From NCBI RefSeq assembly GCF_018977255.1, contig NW_024704743.1, forward strand, positions 17,052,001 to 17,116,000: 64,000 nt of DNA, written 5' to 3'. The position numbers and the translations under genes were made by a program. Numbering within the stretch: the stretch's first letter is position 1; every line of letters starts with the position of its first letter. The notes beneath the pieces were generated by a model that saw only the letters and a list, made by a program, of their open reading frames with translations, did not search any database and was not told the DNA's origin. Shown in pieces: positions 47,727-62,700 of the stretch. Origin of the DNA: Callorhinchus milii. Taxonomy: Eukaryota.

Positions 47727-50700
47727 CTGAAATGGAATACACCAAAAAGTGCAAAACATCATTCGCATTTAGTAACATTCCTCCAAACATTATACTAAGA
47801 TGTGCTAAACATCTATGCCATTATTTTAACACGTTTCACTGTTACTACTATTGTGACAGCAATTACTGTTACTTTGCATTTCCTGCATAATATTAATATT
47901 AAATAGAGATCAAATGGAATAATGATTGTCAAACAACAACAACAAAATTACATTTGTATAGGTCCTTTCTCTCTCCCCGTTTACATTTGTACAGAGCCCT
48001 TCATATCAGGAGGACTTCCCGAGGAGTTGGACAGTCAGTGTTTCGGACATGAGCAGGGAGTCAAGACTGGGGAGGGTGGAGGGCAGGTGATCGAAGAGAA
48101 GGGTCTTGAGATGGGTCTTGAAGGTGGCAAGGGAGGGGGTGAGGTGGAGGAACTGCGGAATGGAGTTCCAGAGGGTGGGGGCAGAGTGCCAGAAGGCCCG
48201 CCCACCAATGGTGGGGCGGGCGATGTGGGGTCACAAAGCAGGCCGGAGCCTGCTGAGTGGAGGGAGCGAGCAGGATGGTTGGGAGTTAGGAGGTCAAAGA
48301 GGTAGGGAGGAGCAAGGCCACGGAGGGCTTTGAAGATGATGACCAGGACCTTGAACTGTATCCTCTGTGTGATGGGAAGCCAATGGAGTCGGGCGAGGAT
48401 GGGGGTGATAGGGTCATGGAGCCTGGTGCGGGAGAGGAAACTGGCTACAGAATTCTGGATGATCTGCAGCCTATGGAGGGAGGAGTTGAGGAGGCCGACA
48501 AGCAAGGAGTTTGCATGGTCAAGCCTGGATGCTATGAATGAATGTATGAGGGTTTAGGCGGCCTGAGGTGTGAGACAGTGGCAAAACCAGGTGATGTTGC
48601 AGAGGTGGGGGAAGGCAGAATAGGTCATGGCACGGATGTGGGGTAGAAAGGATAGTTGAGGGTCAAGCAAGACCCCAAGGTTCCGGATTGGCTCAGTGAG
48701 GTGGAGTGTGCATCCATGGATGGTGATGCTGTCAATGCCTGAGGTGTGGAGGCGCTGACGGGAGCCAATCAGGAGGGCCTCGGTCTTGTTGACTTTCAAC
48801 TGAAGAAAGTTAGCTCTCATCCAGGACTTGATGTCTGACAGACATTGTTTCAGGTCAGCAGTGGTCCTGGAGTCAAGGGTGGAGGCAGAGAAGTACAATT
48901 GGGTGTCATCCGCATACATGTGGAAGTTGACCCCATGTCTGTGGATGATGTCACCAAGAGGGAGCGTATGGATGTTGAAGAGGAGGGGACCAAAGACAGA
49001 GCCCTGAGAAATGCCGTTCGAGACGCTGCAGAGGCTTGAGGAGAAACCGTTTGTGGAGATGAAGTGGAGAGGGTCTGAGAGGTACGATCTGAACCAGTCA
49101 AGGACAGAACCATGAAGCTTGAGGTGAGGAGAGGCGGTGGATGAGGATAGAGTGGTCGACGGTGTCGAAGGCAGCAGAGAGGTCAAGGAGGACGAGGAGG
49201 CAGAGGGAGCCCTGGTCACTAATGGACAGAATGTCATTTGTTATTTTGACCGGGGCTGTTTCTGTGCTGTGGGCGGCACGGAAACCTGATTAGAAGGGTT
49301 CATGAAGGGATTGGCAGGAGAGGAAGGAGTGAAGCTGGGAAACAATAACTTGTTCCAGGACCTTGGAGAGGAAAGGGAGTTTGGAGATGGAATGATAGTT
49401 TGAAAGAAGTGATGGGTCCAGGGAGGGATTTTTAAGGCTAGGAATAATGATGGCCGTTTTTAATGGGATGGGAACAATACCAGTGGACAAAGAGAGGTTT
49501 ATGATGTCTGTGAGTAGAGGGGCAAGGAGGTGGAGCTGGGAGGTAAGCAGTGGGGTAGGGATGGGGTCGAGGGAGCAGGTGGTCGCTTCATGCGGGTTAT
49601 CGTGGTCGTGAGAGAGGAGTGAGAGATAGGTTCAAAGGTATGGAGGGAGGGATGGGTAGGGACTGGAGTGTGAGGGGGAGATGGTATAGACGGATGGGCA
49701 GAGGCAGCTGAGTGGATCCCCTCAACTTTGGTTTCAAGGAAGTCCAGCATCACCTTGCAATTGGCATTGGAGGTGAGGATGGGTGAGGCGTGAGAGGGTG
49801 TGCGAAGGAGCCGATTGGTGATGGAGAAGAGGAGCCTGGGGTTGTTCTTGGCTTCCAAGATTGTCTTGGGAGTAGAATGACGATTTAGCGAAAGCGAGGG
49901 TGGAGAGGTAGGATTTGATAAAGTCCAGCCAGGTCTGCCGATGGACTGTTCAGTTTGATTTAAGCCAGGTGCATTCAGCGGCACGCACCTGTGCTTTAAG
50001 GCTGCAGAAGTAGCTGGTGTACCAAGGTGACTTACGTGAATAGGAGACGGTTTGGGAAGTGAGGAGAGCAAGGGAATCGAGAGTGGAGGAGAGGGAGCTG
50101 TGGAGAAGAGTGACTGAGGAGAATAGGACATTGCGGGAGGAAGCCCAGACGGGAAAGAGTTCAGATGATTTCAAGGTAGCCAGGGATGGGAGATTTTTTA
50201 CCAGCAGTGGTAGGAGATGGAGGTGGGTTGGGTGATGGTGGAGAGCAAGGTTGAGGAGTTAAGAGAGATGAAGTGATGGTGGGGAAGGTTCCAGAGGAGT
50301 AAGGGGATAGGCCCATTGGGGACCGGGAGATGAGAGCCACACCACCACCACTGTGGATAGGTCGTGGGGTATGATGGAAGGCGTAGCCGGGTGGTGTGGC
50401 CTCTGTCAGGGAGAAGGTTTCACCTGGAGTGATCCAGGTTTCAGTGAGGGCAAGAATGTCAATGTTTTCGTCAGGAGGACGTCCCAAGAAGCTGGACAGT
50501 CAAGTGTTTCAGACCTGAGGTGGGGGTCGCAATTGGGGAGGGTGCAGCAGGATGATTGAAAGCACGATCGAACAGGAGGGTCTTGAGATGGGTCTTGAAG
50601 GAGGCAAGGGAAGGGGTGAGGCAGAGGGACTGCGGAATGGAGTTCCAGAGGATAGGGGCAGAGTGGCAGAAGGCTCGCCCACCAATGGTGGGTCGGGTGA

Positions 50701-53700
50701 GGCAGGAGATGAAAAGCGAAGCGGATAAAGAGCATTGGGGGTGAAGAGAAAAGTTACCCAATTATAATAAACAAGATTGGTATTTTCTGGTTTCTTGATG
50801 GGCAGGAAAAAAGAATGCGCACCAAGTAACACTTCTGTTACAATTTAATAATTTTCATTCTAATAATTCTTGCTATTGATATAGCATCTTATTATGCTGA
50901 AATACCTCAAAAGTGTTTCAGAATTTTCTGTGAAGTGCAGACTGTATATCCTCACAGAAACTGGATCACCCCAGGCGACACCTTTCTCCTGACAGAGGCC
51001 AACCACCTGGCTATATCTTTCATCATACCCTACGACCTAATTGCCATGGTGGTGCTGTGGCCCTCATCTCCAAGTCCTCACTTGTGCGATCCCCTTACTC
51101 CATGACTATTACTGACAAAGCCATCTTGGATTACTACTTCAGCTCTCTTAACCTCTCAATCCCTCTCCCCACTGCAACCCAACCCACCCCTATCTCCTAA
51201 CGCACCTGGAAAAGAATGTCCCCACACTCCCTCTCTGTTGTCTTAGACTCATCTGAACTCCTCCCCCTCTAGGCTTTCTCCCACACCAACTTATCCTCCT
51301 CGGTCACTCTCCTCCACAACTCCCTCTCCACCACTCTCAATGGCCTTGCCCCCTCACCTACCAAATCACCTCTTACTCACGCAATTCACCCTGGTACACC
51401 ATCCACCTCCGCTTCCTCAAGGCACATGGCTCAGATCTAACAGTTCATCGGCAGACCTGGCTGGACCACATCAAAACTTACCGCTCTGCCCTCACCTGCG
51501 CTAAATCATCCTTCTACTCCAAGATAATATTGAGACCAAGGACAACCCCAGGCTCCTCTTCTCCATCACCACCCTGCTCACCTACCCACCCTCTCACATC
51601 TCAACCATCCTCTCCTCCAACTCCAACTGCAAGGACATGCTGGATTTCCTCAATACCAAAATCGAGGGGATCCAATCTGCCGCCTCTGACCTTTCAACGG
51701 CTACCCCCTCCGCATCTCACCTTCGAACCCGCCTCCCCCTCCTCTCACCACCAATATAACCTACATGAGACCCACCACCTGCTCCCTCGACCCCAACCCT
51801 ACCCCTCTCCTTACCTCCCAGCCCCTCTATTCACAGACCTTTCTCTGTCCACTGGCACCATTTCCACCCCCTTAAAAACCTTCCCTGGACCCATCCCAAC
51901 TCTCAAATTACTGCCCTATCTCCAACCTCCCTTTCCTTTCCAAGTTCCTTGAAGGAGTCGTTGCTTCCCAGCTTTGCTCCTTCTTATCCCGCCACTCCCT
52001 ATACGAACCCCTCCAATCGGGTTTCCGTGCTGCCCACAGCACAGAAACAGCTATGGTCAAAGTGACAAATGACATTCTGTCCATGAGTGACCATGGATCC
52101 CTCGGTCTCCTTGTCCTCGCAGCTGCCTTTAATGCCGTTGACCATTCTATCCTCCTCAACCGCCTCGCTGCTCACCTCAACCTTCATGGTTCTGTCCTTG
52201 AATGTTTCAGATCATACCTCTCACACCATATCCACATCATCTCCACAAACAGTTTCTCCTCCAGCCCCCACTGTCTCGTGCGGCATTCCTCAGGGCTCTG
52301 TCCTTGGTCCTCTCCAACTTGTATATGCTCCCTCTTGGTGACATCATCTGCAGACATGAGGTCAACTTCCACATGTATGCGGATGACACCCAACTGTATC
52401 TCTCCACCTCCACCCTCGACTCCAGGACCACTGCTGTCCTGACAGAATGTCTATCAGACATCACTTCCTGCATAAGAGCTAACTTTCTGCAGCTGAAAGT
52501 CAACAAGACCGAGGCCCTCCTGATTGGCTACTGTCAGCGCCTCTATACCTCAAGCACTGGCAGCATCACCATTCAGTGATGCACACTCCACCTCACCAAG
52601 CCAGTCCGGAACTTTGGCGTCTTTTTTGACTCTCTGGTATCCTTTCCGTGCCATGACCCGCTCTGCCTTCCCCCACCTCCACCCCTGCCTCACCCCTCAG
52701 ACCGCCGAAACCCTAGATGTTCATCACATCTAGGCTCGACTACGCCAACTCCCTGCTTGTTGGCCTTCCCAACTTTTCCATCCACAAGCTGATCATCCAG
52801 AACTCTGCAGCTCCTGTCCTCTCCCATACCAGGCTCTGTGACCCCATCAAACCACACACTCACCCGGCTCCACTGACTCCCCATCCCTCAGAGGACAGAG
52901 TTCAAAATCCTCGTCCTCACCTTCAAGGCCCTCCACGGCTTTTCACCTTCCTACCACTTGACCTACTAACTCCTTATTAGTGGAGTCCTGTAGCTCAGTG
53001 GTTAGAGCACTCGCTTTGCAAGCGAGATATCTGGTTTCAATTCCAGGCAGGGTGAAACCTTGGGCAAGTTTCCTTACTCCACGCGCCTAATAATAATCCC
53101 TCCAAAACAAAACAATAATAAATTGGTCATTTTCAATCCACGACTGTTTGTGGGACACTGCTGTGCGCAATTGGCTGCTGCGTTTCGCCCACAAATATAC
53201 GGTCAATTCACTTTACAGTCTATTTTGTGAAGCACTTTGAGACGTCGAGAAGATGTGAAAAGCGCTATATCAAATGCAAGGATTATTATTATTATTAACC
53301 TGTCTGCATCCTCCGCTTAGCAAGCTCCGGCATTCACACAGCCATGTCCCATAAACAGCCATGAAGCAAATGACTTTTTTAAACATATATATATATATAT
53401 ATACACAAACACACAAATTGTTGGCCAGAGCACAGGGAGAAATTCCCATCTCTTTTCAAATAGAGCCATAGGATCTTAACGACCACCTGAACAAGAAAAT
53501 TAGATCCCAGTATACTGCCTCATCAGAACGACGGCACCTCACACAATGCAGCGTTTTCCTTGGACTGAATTGGAGTGTCTGCATAGATTATGAGCTTAAA
53601 AATCCTGACATGGGCTGTGAATCTACAACCTTTTGACTCAGAGGTGAGAGTGCTGCAACTTAACTCGGCTGACTTTCTATAATTATTATCCCTTGCTGTT

Positions 53701-56700
53701 CGTGGGTCATTGCTGTGGACAAATTGGCTGCCATGTTCACCTACAAACTATATAGTTACTACACTTTACAGAAAATCATGTGAAGTGCTTTGAGATGGGC
53801 TCCTGAAAAGAGCAATATTAAACGCAAAGATTATTATTATTCCAGAAACAGTGTGGGGTTCATGGCTTGCCCAAGAACACAAACGTTTGCAATTCAGAAA
53901 GAGTTACAAAAGTGTAATGGGCTGGCCAAATAGAAAAGTGCAGAAATGTTTGCCCAAAATTGCAGAGACTTGTCAGTTCTGCCGAAAATTTCGGGGAAAT
54001 TTTTGACAGATTTTGCAGAAAATGGTGGTGAGTTGATTAGTGCTATTGAGGTACATTTCACAACCAACCTACATTTTTTCACTTTATTCATTAAAACTGA
54101 ACATGAGGAAATAACACATATTTGGTTGTTGCAAAAAACATATTAATTACTTCTTTAACTAAGTGGCCTTTTTATTTCGGGGGTGAGGGGAAACCAGTGA
54201 GGCTACAGGAGCTCTCAGGGTCCATCACTGCAGACAGACAGCGAGCCAGACACACGTATACACTCGCAGGCAGAGAGAGAGACACGCACACACTTACATA
54301 CAGATACACACTCACAGTTACATTCTCAGAGAGAGAGAGACGCACTCACAGAGAGACACTCACAAACACATAGGGAGACACACACAGGCACAGCCACAAA
54401 CACACAGAGAAGGAGACACAGACATAAACAAACGGAGAGAGAGACAGACATACAGACATGCACAGAGATACACATTTGCTGACTGCACATGCAAGTCTGG
54501 CGCCGTCCCGCCCAGAGTGATGTCAGCTAAACAGCCGGGAGGCCCGCGGGCCAGAAGCTACATGTATAGCGGGTTGGAGCTGAGAGGATGTTTGCAGCGA
54601 TCACACTTTTATATTGGCCCAGGTAATGGATTACACCTGCACCACAAGTTCCAGTGATAGGACTATCACCATTGTAGGCTCTGTAGAATTCCAAATGCCA
54701 AGCAGGATACCAACAAACTCAGCATAGACAATGATTTGAACCTAAAACCACTGGTCTTTACAACAACTTGTATTTATAGAGCGCCCTTCACACAAGGTTT
54801 CATCCCGTGTGACAGTGTCAGACTCTACCACTGTCAAGACGCTTGACAGTGGTAGAGTCTGAACCCGAGTTAGGGGTCAGAGGGAGAAGGAGATGACCGT
54901 AAGCCCGATCAAGAAGAAATGTCTTTAGGTGGGATTTGAAAGTGTGTGGGGGGGGGCAACAGACGGATCGTGGGAAAGAGTTCCAGAGTTTTGGGGCGTA
55001 ATGGCTGAAAGCACGACCGCCAATGGTGGAGCGGGGGACAAACAGGAGACTGGAGCCAACCGAGCAGAGGCAGTTGGTTGAGTGGGGGGTTAAGCAGATT
55101 AGTAAGGATGAGGGCATGAAGGGATTTGAAAACGGGTTAGAGGATCTTGAAGTCGATCCGTTCGACGATTGGGAGCCAGTGAAGCCTGGCAAGGATTGGT
55201 GTGATGGCTCCCCGATACAATCTAATACTGCGCCTTTGGCACTGTGTCCTTTCTATGATTTTCATTGTATTGTGCAAAACCTTCTGAAAATTTAAATCAA
55301 AACAATGCAAGATATAGTAAGTTTTAAAACCTACCTGCAATGTTGTTGGATCCTGACCAACTGGAATGATGAGGATCACAAGGTCAGATTCTATACTTAG
55401 GTATCCAAAAATATCACACTGAGGCACTGAAATGTGTAGGCGTAAAGTGTGGAGGATGTCATGTACGGACACTGGTCTTGCATCATTTAACTGCAAAAAA
55501 AAACAGTAAATGTAAATCAGCACATCAGTTAACAAAATTTGAGTGATTCAACACAAATACTTCTGTCAAAGTGCACTAAATAGCAGAAAACTGCAGTTAT
55601 ACGTTACCTTAGCGAGGCTATCCAGCTGATCATTACTCCATAAAACACGGAGCATTCCAGCACATAAGGGGCAACAAGCTCCTGAAAAACAAAAAGTGGT
55701 TACCGTTTTAAATGCATTTAGAACTATTAGTAAAACTCTAGATTTTTTTTCAATAGGAAAGAATTCTACAAATACTTTCCAGTGAACCACACCAGCAGAC
55801 AAATGATCGAAGCTAGGTAGGAATACTAAGATTAAATGTCAACATTCACCATAATTTGCAAACTAGTTACTGCAATGGCAACAATTCCGGGAAAATGCGT
55901 TACCAGGTGGTGTGACCGGTTTGCATCTGCTGCTTGGAAGTGATGGACACGTGACAGACGAACACTCGGGGTGAGAACTGAAATCCGAGAGAATGCCCAC
56001 AGCTTGACAACTCCCGTAGTAGTCCACTGCTACACGATCCGAATAGGCAGCACACACATTATTGTATGTTTCACCATTATGGCCACAGACAGCCTCATAT
56101 CTACAGACATCCTTCAAAGAAAACACACATAAAAATATTAAGAGTTAGCTCCTCAATAAAAAATCAATACTTCAAAAGTTAAAATTATCCCACATCCAAA
56201 CATACCAATATTTAAGTGTTATATTTATTGCAATGTTTATTTAAATGTTTATTGCAAATATAAGCATTCCAATAGGTATGAAATCATCTTTAAGGTATAA
56301 TGATATTAAAAACAGGAACAAGTGCCAACATACTTTAGGTGTTGGAGGCCGGAGTGCTATGCAGCATAATGGACATAAATCACCTATTTAAAATTACTTT
56401 TGTGAAATGCAAGGTTTATTAATCAAATATCCTAGCTGCAAAGTATTTTTAACAGCCAAAAGGATAGCAATGTCACCTGCTCTGGGTGCCTGGTGAACAG
56501 GATAATGTCTATATTTTTGGGGTGGGTTACAAGGCAGATGTCTTGAATGCAGACTTGTTCATTAGAGGATGACTGACAAGAATGAAGTACAACTGGAATT
56601 AAAATATCGGTCAAAGCAGGTGTTGACTGCAACATTTCTAACTGAGTTTATATTGCTGTGGCATTGTGAAATAATTTTGTAAAATGATTCTGAATATTTT

Positions 56701-59700
56701 CATTTAATGACGCCACTTTTATTCAGTTACGTTTGATGCATTTAAAGTATACTAGAGATGCAGATTCACTGTGAGGCACTTCACTATTCTCCTGTGGGAA
56801 GACAATAGGGTGCATCCAGTGCAAATTGAGAACACTAGTGACTGTTTCATTATAGGTTTATATTGGGAAAACTACAGACCAAATGATGTTGTGTGTACAT
56901 ACCAACATGCAGATTTTTTTTACAGTATGAACTGAGTGCCTTTGCTATTTCCAGCTTAATCATACCTGACATGGGCCAGTGTAGGACAAGGTTTTGGATC
57001 TTTGGTACAAGGCACATAGATTAATATGTTCCACATTTTCAGTGTCACAGACTGGTTCGATGGCGAGCAGTTCACAATTGACTGGTCTGGAGATGCACTC
57101 ATATTGGTCACAATCAATCAAATCAATACCAGTGAGACAGACCTTTGGCTTAGGGATGCATCTGTTTGCAAACACAAATTCAAGGAAATTCAATTTAAAA
57201 GTTAACAAATATCACTTTCAGAGTTCAATAACAGAAGTACTAAAAGCAGATAAATTTAGGTTAGACAATTGTGAATAAAACTGTGTGAAATTTAGGTTAG
57301 ACAATTGTGAATAAAACTGTGCGTGTGTTCTACAAAAGATTTTGCTCACTATGGAACCTATCTGTATAAGTTCTGGACATGTGCAGAGTATCCTGTGTTC
57401 GAACGTTTTTCTGGAGAAGTTATTTCCACCGAAAGAGAGCGGAGTTATTTATACAGAGTATTTTCAATTTATTCGACTGAGCATTTTGTTCGCTTTTAGA
57501 TCAGAATTATAGAAAGAAACTCTGCTAAAGAAATAGAAGCAAAACTGGCCATAACACAAGAGTTTTCAGAAAGGCTTCTGCCCATTGTTGATTAATTATG
57601 TCTTGTGTTGAAAGTGATCAGAAAAACATAGGAGGATAGTGTATGTTTGCATCCAAATCCAGGCATGTTGGTGAGTGCACCTGCTACCAACTAACATTTA
57701 TAACAACTCTATTAACATTCATGGAAATTTCTCTATGTTGGAAACGCTTGAAATAAACTCCAATCAATACATGTACTAAGAATTACAATTCCCGCATTAA
57801 CATTTGATTACAATCTGTTCAGCCTCAGTTGTAAAGGCCAACTTCAGAACAAACACCGGGAAGTTTTTCTTTACCCAGGAGGTAATCAATGACTGGAGCA
57901 GGTTACCAGAAACGGTGGTTGAGGCCAGGTCACTGGACTCATTTAAAAAGTAGCGTGATGCTGTGATGAGGAGACGATAGTATGGGGGGGTTCTGGAAGG
58001 ATGAGATTGAATGGCCCAAAAAGGCCTTCTTCATCCTAACCATTCATATGATTTTATGAATTGTTTAAAAAAAGTAACAAAGATCACAGCAAAAGTCTCA
58101 GTGAATTTGCTGTTTACTAATGGTACACAGTGCCAAAGACCTGCAGAAAATGGTCGATAGCTGACAACTATGGGCTCATCAATCTGATTTAACCAAAGTG
58201 ATGTTTCAATCAGCTCCACACCTTCAGTACATACCACCTCAATCTTTATCGAAGGCAGGAAACTTGCAGTTGTCCAACAGTTCAAATACTTAGGTAGCAT
58301 CCTGACCAGTTATAGAAATGTTCCAGATGTGGAAGTGTTCCATTTTTCCAGATATTCAATCTGCCATTTTGTGAATCCTACCCTATACTAGTAAGGTTGA
58401 AAGAGAGACAGAATAAGGAAAGCTAGGTGGGGAAATAGGCATTCAAAGCAGAAAGTGCAAAGCATTTTAAACAAAGAAAGTTGAATTAGTATGAAAATAA
58501 AGAAGTGCTATAAAAAGAAAGGAACAATATAGAAAACAGGAAACATAAGGAAGATAAGAAAGAAATTGAAATATTACCAGCTAACACTAAAGGGAGTAGC
58601 TAATGAGTGCCATCTGTAGCTGGTGCAGAAACTAAAGAAACTCTCCTGATGTGAGCCAAAATGACTATATTTAACTATACTAGCTCTCCCTTTCTTGTAC
58701 ATCTCCTACAACGTTACAGCACAAAAACAGGCAATTCAGCCCATTGAGAGTTGCTGGTGTTTCTCTCCCCCCATGTTACACTCTCTTGTTTGCTCCCCTT
58801 ATTCTTTAATAATAATGCTTGCATTAATATACTTCTTTTGCAGGTATTTATCTAATTCCATTTTAAAACAATAATGAAATCTTTTAATGAATCATTTGTT
58901 CCTCCCAAATTGTAAATATGCCAACTGCATAAGCTCCTCCTCCTAGAACTTTAAGACTATGGAACCTCCCTATGCAGTCTCCCCAGTCTTACAACTCGCA
59001 AGCTTTTAGATCACTACAACTCTTAAAAAAATGCTGAGAACCTGTACTTCTCTCATGAGTAATAACAAACAACTCTGGGCTCACAGTCTCCAAAACTCCA
59101 AATGACCTTCTTGTGTATCATTGTTATATCATGTTCAGACCTTGGGCTTTATATTGAGGTTGATCAACAGAAAATATCTGACCATCTTTCACACATCATC
59201 GGTGCTTATTTTTCCATAGAAAAATCCAAAATTACTGTTGGAATAATTGCCTACAGGTGGCCTCCAACCATATTTTGCCAAAGACATACATTAGTGGTCT
59301 TAGACGGTGGCTGTGGTAAACTTATCTTGTTTTTAAACAAACATTGACTTTAACAGCTCCAGAATGTGCACTTTCTGCCTTCTTCAACCCAAATTCAAAC
59401 AGATTGAATTATTATGGATAATTCAACTTTTAATTTTTTTATTGGATAATTCAATTATTATTATTGATCTAGCATTAGATATTGAGTAACCTAGCGCATA
59501 GTAAGCTTCCAGAATCAGAAAACCCTCTGTACATTTTATCCTGAATTATGCAGAGAGATACAAAACCATTTGTAAAGCCAACTTTCCATAGTTGAACGTC
59601 AGCAAGACCATCCTGATTGGCTCGCGACAGCGCCTCCGTACCTAGGCACTGGCAGCATCAACATCCACGGATGCACACTCCACCTCACCGAGCCAGACAG

Positions 59701-62700
59701 GAACCTAGCCGTCTTGTTTGACCCTCAACTGTACTTTCTCCCCCATATCCGTGCCATAATCCACTCTGCCTTCCCCCAACCGCAACATTGCCCAACTCCG
59801 CCATTGCCTCACCTCTCAGGCCGCTGAATCCCTCATATATCCCATCAGTACATCCAGGCTCGACTATGCCAATGCCCTGCTTGTCGACTCCCAACTCTTC
59901 CCTCCACAAGCTGCAGATCATCCAGAGCTCTGCAGCTTGTGTCCTCTCCTGCACCAGGCTCCGTGAACCCATCACAACCCACCCTCGCCCGGCTCCACTG
60001 GCTCTCCATCCCTCAGAGGATCGAGTTCAAAATCCTCGTCCTCATCTTCAAGGCCATCCATGGCCTTGCTCCTTCCTACCTCACCGACCTGCTAACCACT
60101 TATCAACCTGTCCGCTCACTCCGCCCAGGAGACTCTGGCCTGCTCCAATATCCTCTGCCCAGCCCGCCTCACCATCGACCTCAGCCTCTTTGCCCCACCA
60201 TCGACCTCAGCCTCTTTGCCCCACCCTCTGGAAGTCTATCCCACATTCCCTTCGCCTTGCTCCCTCCCTTGCCTCCTTCAAGGAACTCCTCAAGAACCTC
60301 CTCTTCGACCTTGCCTTCGGCCACCCTCGTACCCCTACCCTGCCCGCCCTCCACCCTCCCTGATCGCAACCCCCCCCCGCCTAATCCCCGACTGTTCAGC
60401 ACCTTGGGATCTTCTCCCAACATGAAAGACGCTTTACAAATGTAATTTTGTATTAGGCTACGAAATCTAAGGAATTACATGTGTGAGACTGAAAGACACG
60501 TTGCTGTCTGTTTGAACTTGTTTGAATGATTTGGATGTTAATATGGACAGGTATCAGCACACTCAGTTCACCTTTGAGACAGAGGCTGTAGATTTAAGCT
60601 CCACACCTGGATTTTGAACTCCAGACAGACACTCCAATGCAGTGCTAAGGGTGAGCTGCATTGTTAGTAGGTGTCATGCTTCTGGTGAGATGTTAAATCG
60701 AGGATATGTGTGCAATGCCCGAGGTACTGGGGGGGGTTGGCAATTGCGATAGGCCTCCCCCACCCGGAAGCCTTCAGGTGTATAGTTGGCTCCCTTTCAA
60801 TCATATTATGCAATTGTCAATTGTATGCCACTGGTGACCACTCAAAGTGGGTTTAAAAAGGCTCAACTGTTCCAGCTGCAGTCAAGAGCATGTGCAGGAA
60901 GTGGTAGTTGGGAAATATGTGACTCATCACAGTGGGCCACACAAGGAGGGGGCAGCTGTAGAGAACTCCACATTACCTGGCTGGTGCTGCGGAGCCACTT
61001 CACAAGGTTTACTGTGGAGTGACTGCATTTGTAAGTGCATATTATGCACAGCAATGTCACACAAACAGCCATTAAATTAATGACCAATTTTATTTGGGGG
61101 ATTGATGATCAGGGAACTCCCTTCTCCTTTTGAAAAGAGTCACAGGATCTTTAAAGTCAACCTAAACAGCCAGACAGGACCTCAGTTTAACGTCTCATCT
61201 GAAGGACGGCATCTCCGATAATGGAACTCGCCCTCCCCAGCACTGCACAGGAGTGTCATCTTAAATTATGTGAGTCCAAGTCCAAATGTGGGGGCTTGAA
61301 CTCACAACCTTCTGACTCAGATTTGAGAGTGCTACCAACTAACATTACATTTTGAGAAGAATAGTTTGGGTGATTGTAGCCTGATGGGTAAAGCAATCGA
61401 TGGAGTGGAAGAGCACCCAGATCTGGGGGTAAAAATATATAAATACCTAAAAATGAGATGGAATGATAGCTATAAAAACCTATTGAGAAGGAATAGTAGG
61501 TAAATTATGTTGGAATTGTATAGGATATTGGTTGAGCTGCAGTTGGGTGTACTGTGTTCAGTTTTGGATCCACCATTACAGGAATAAACATGGAAAGTAT
61601 ACAGTCTGGATTCATTAGGATGATTCTGGGTATGAGAGAATATACAGTGTTTTAATCTACTTCTTTAAAGCTTGACTTTGGTTATAACATGGTTGAAGAG
61701 TTGATCCCATTCATTACTCAAATGCACTGTCCACCCCCTCCCTATATGCCACACAGCTTTCGCGCTAAAATGTCCGACTTCTGCGTCATTAGGTACACAA
61801 TGACACCACTTTGTGCTGCTGCGCATGAGACTCCACTGTACTTACGAAAAAGGGCTGGTTAAATTGGCCTTTTTTGCTCAAACAGTAGAGAATGAGAGGA
61901 TCCAAGAAGTAAAACCATATTGGTAGAATGTTGAAAAGTGGAATTATTGGAAAAGGCAGTAGTGCAAAAAGGAATTGTGTGCTGTAAATATTTACGTTGA
62001 GCATGTAAGATTATATTTGTTTTCATTCCTTGAATGGAGTTCACCCTACAAGTATAATGTCAGTCCCTGACCCATGCTTGGAAATCATCTTCTTTTGTTG
62101 TCATTCCATTAAAGAACTGAGAAATCTAGAATGAGTTGTTAAAGCCTGGAGGAAGATCACATGGCCCTCAAGGCTGCAATGAAGGCCTTAAAGGGACTAT
62201 GTGTTGAAATGTTTGCATTTAGTCACTTGTCTCATTTGTTTGGGGAAGACTGATGACATTCACAATGAGAGAGATTGTGACATTGTTGAGGTTGGATCGA
62301 GGGAATCATTCAAAATGGAACTGGATTACCAGCCAAGAAGCTGGTTTTCATTGAAAAGGAACACAGGCAGGAGTTATCAAACCTGCAGATTATCAATTTC
62401 TGTCACTGTCTCTTGGGTCACATTTGTAGAGAATGGCTGATTGAAAGAAATGGAAAGCTGAACAATACGCTCAATTCTGGTAATATTATGATCATTTTAT
62501 AAAATTACTGAAAAAGCAGAATGAAATCTTGAAGTCAGCAGCATAACGATATTTACCGTATAGGAAGTATGTACAGGACAACACCAGTAAACAAGAGTTT
62601 ACTTCACGAAATGCCTTTTCGGTTGCAAAATACCAAGAAAGTGGTGGTTGACATTCGAAAGCTGGAAACCGCAATAGTGCCAAAGAAGAAAATGACACTG

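Noticed and set aside
48554..49237. Reverse transcriptase ORFs (also at 31959-32549 and 52202-52579) as a functional RT system
   Set aside because: Fragmented, frameshifted L2 ORF2 pieces; no intact element.
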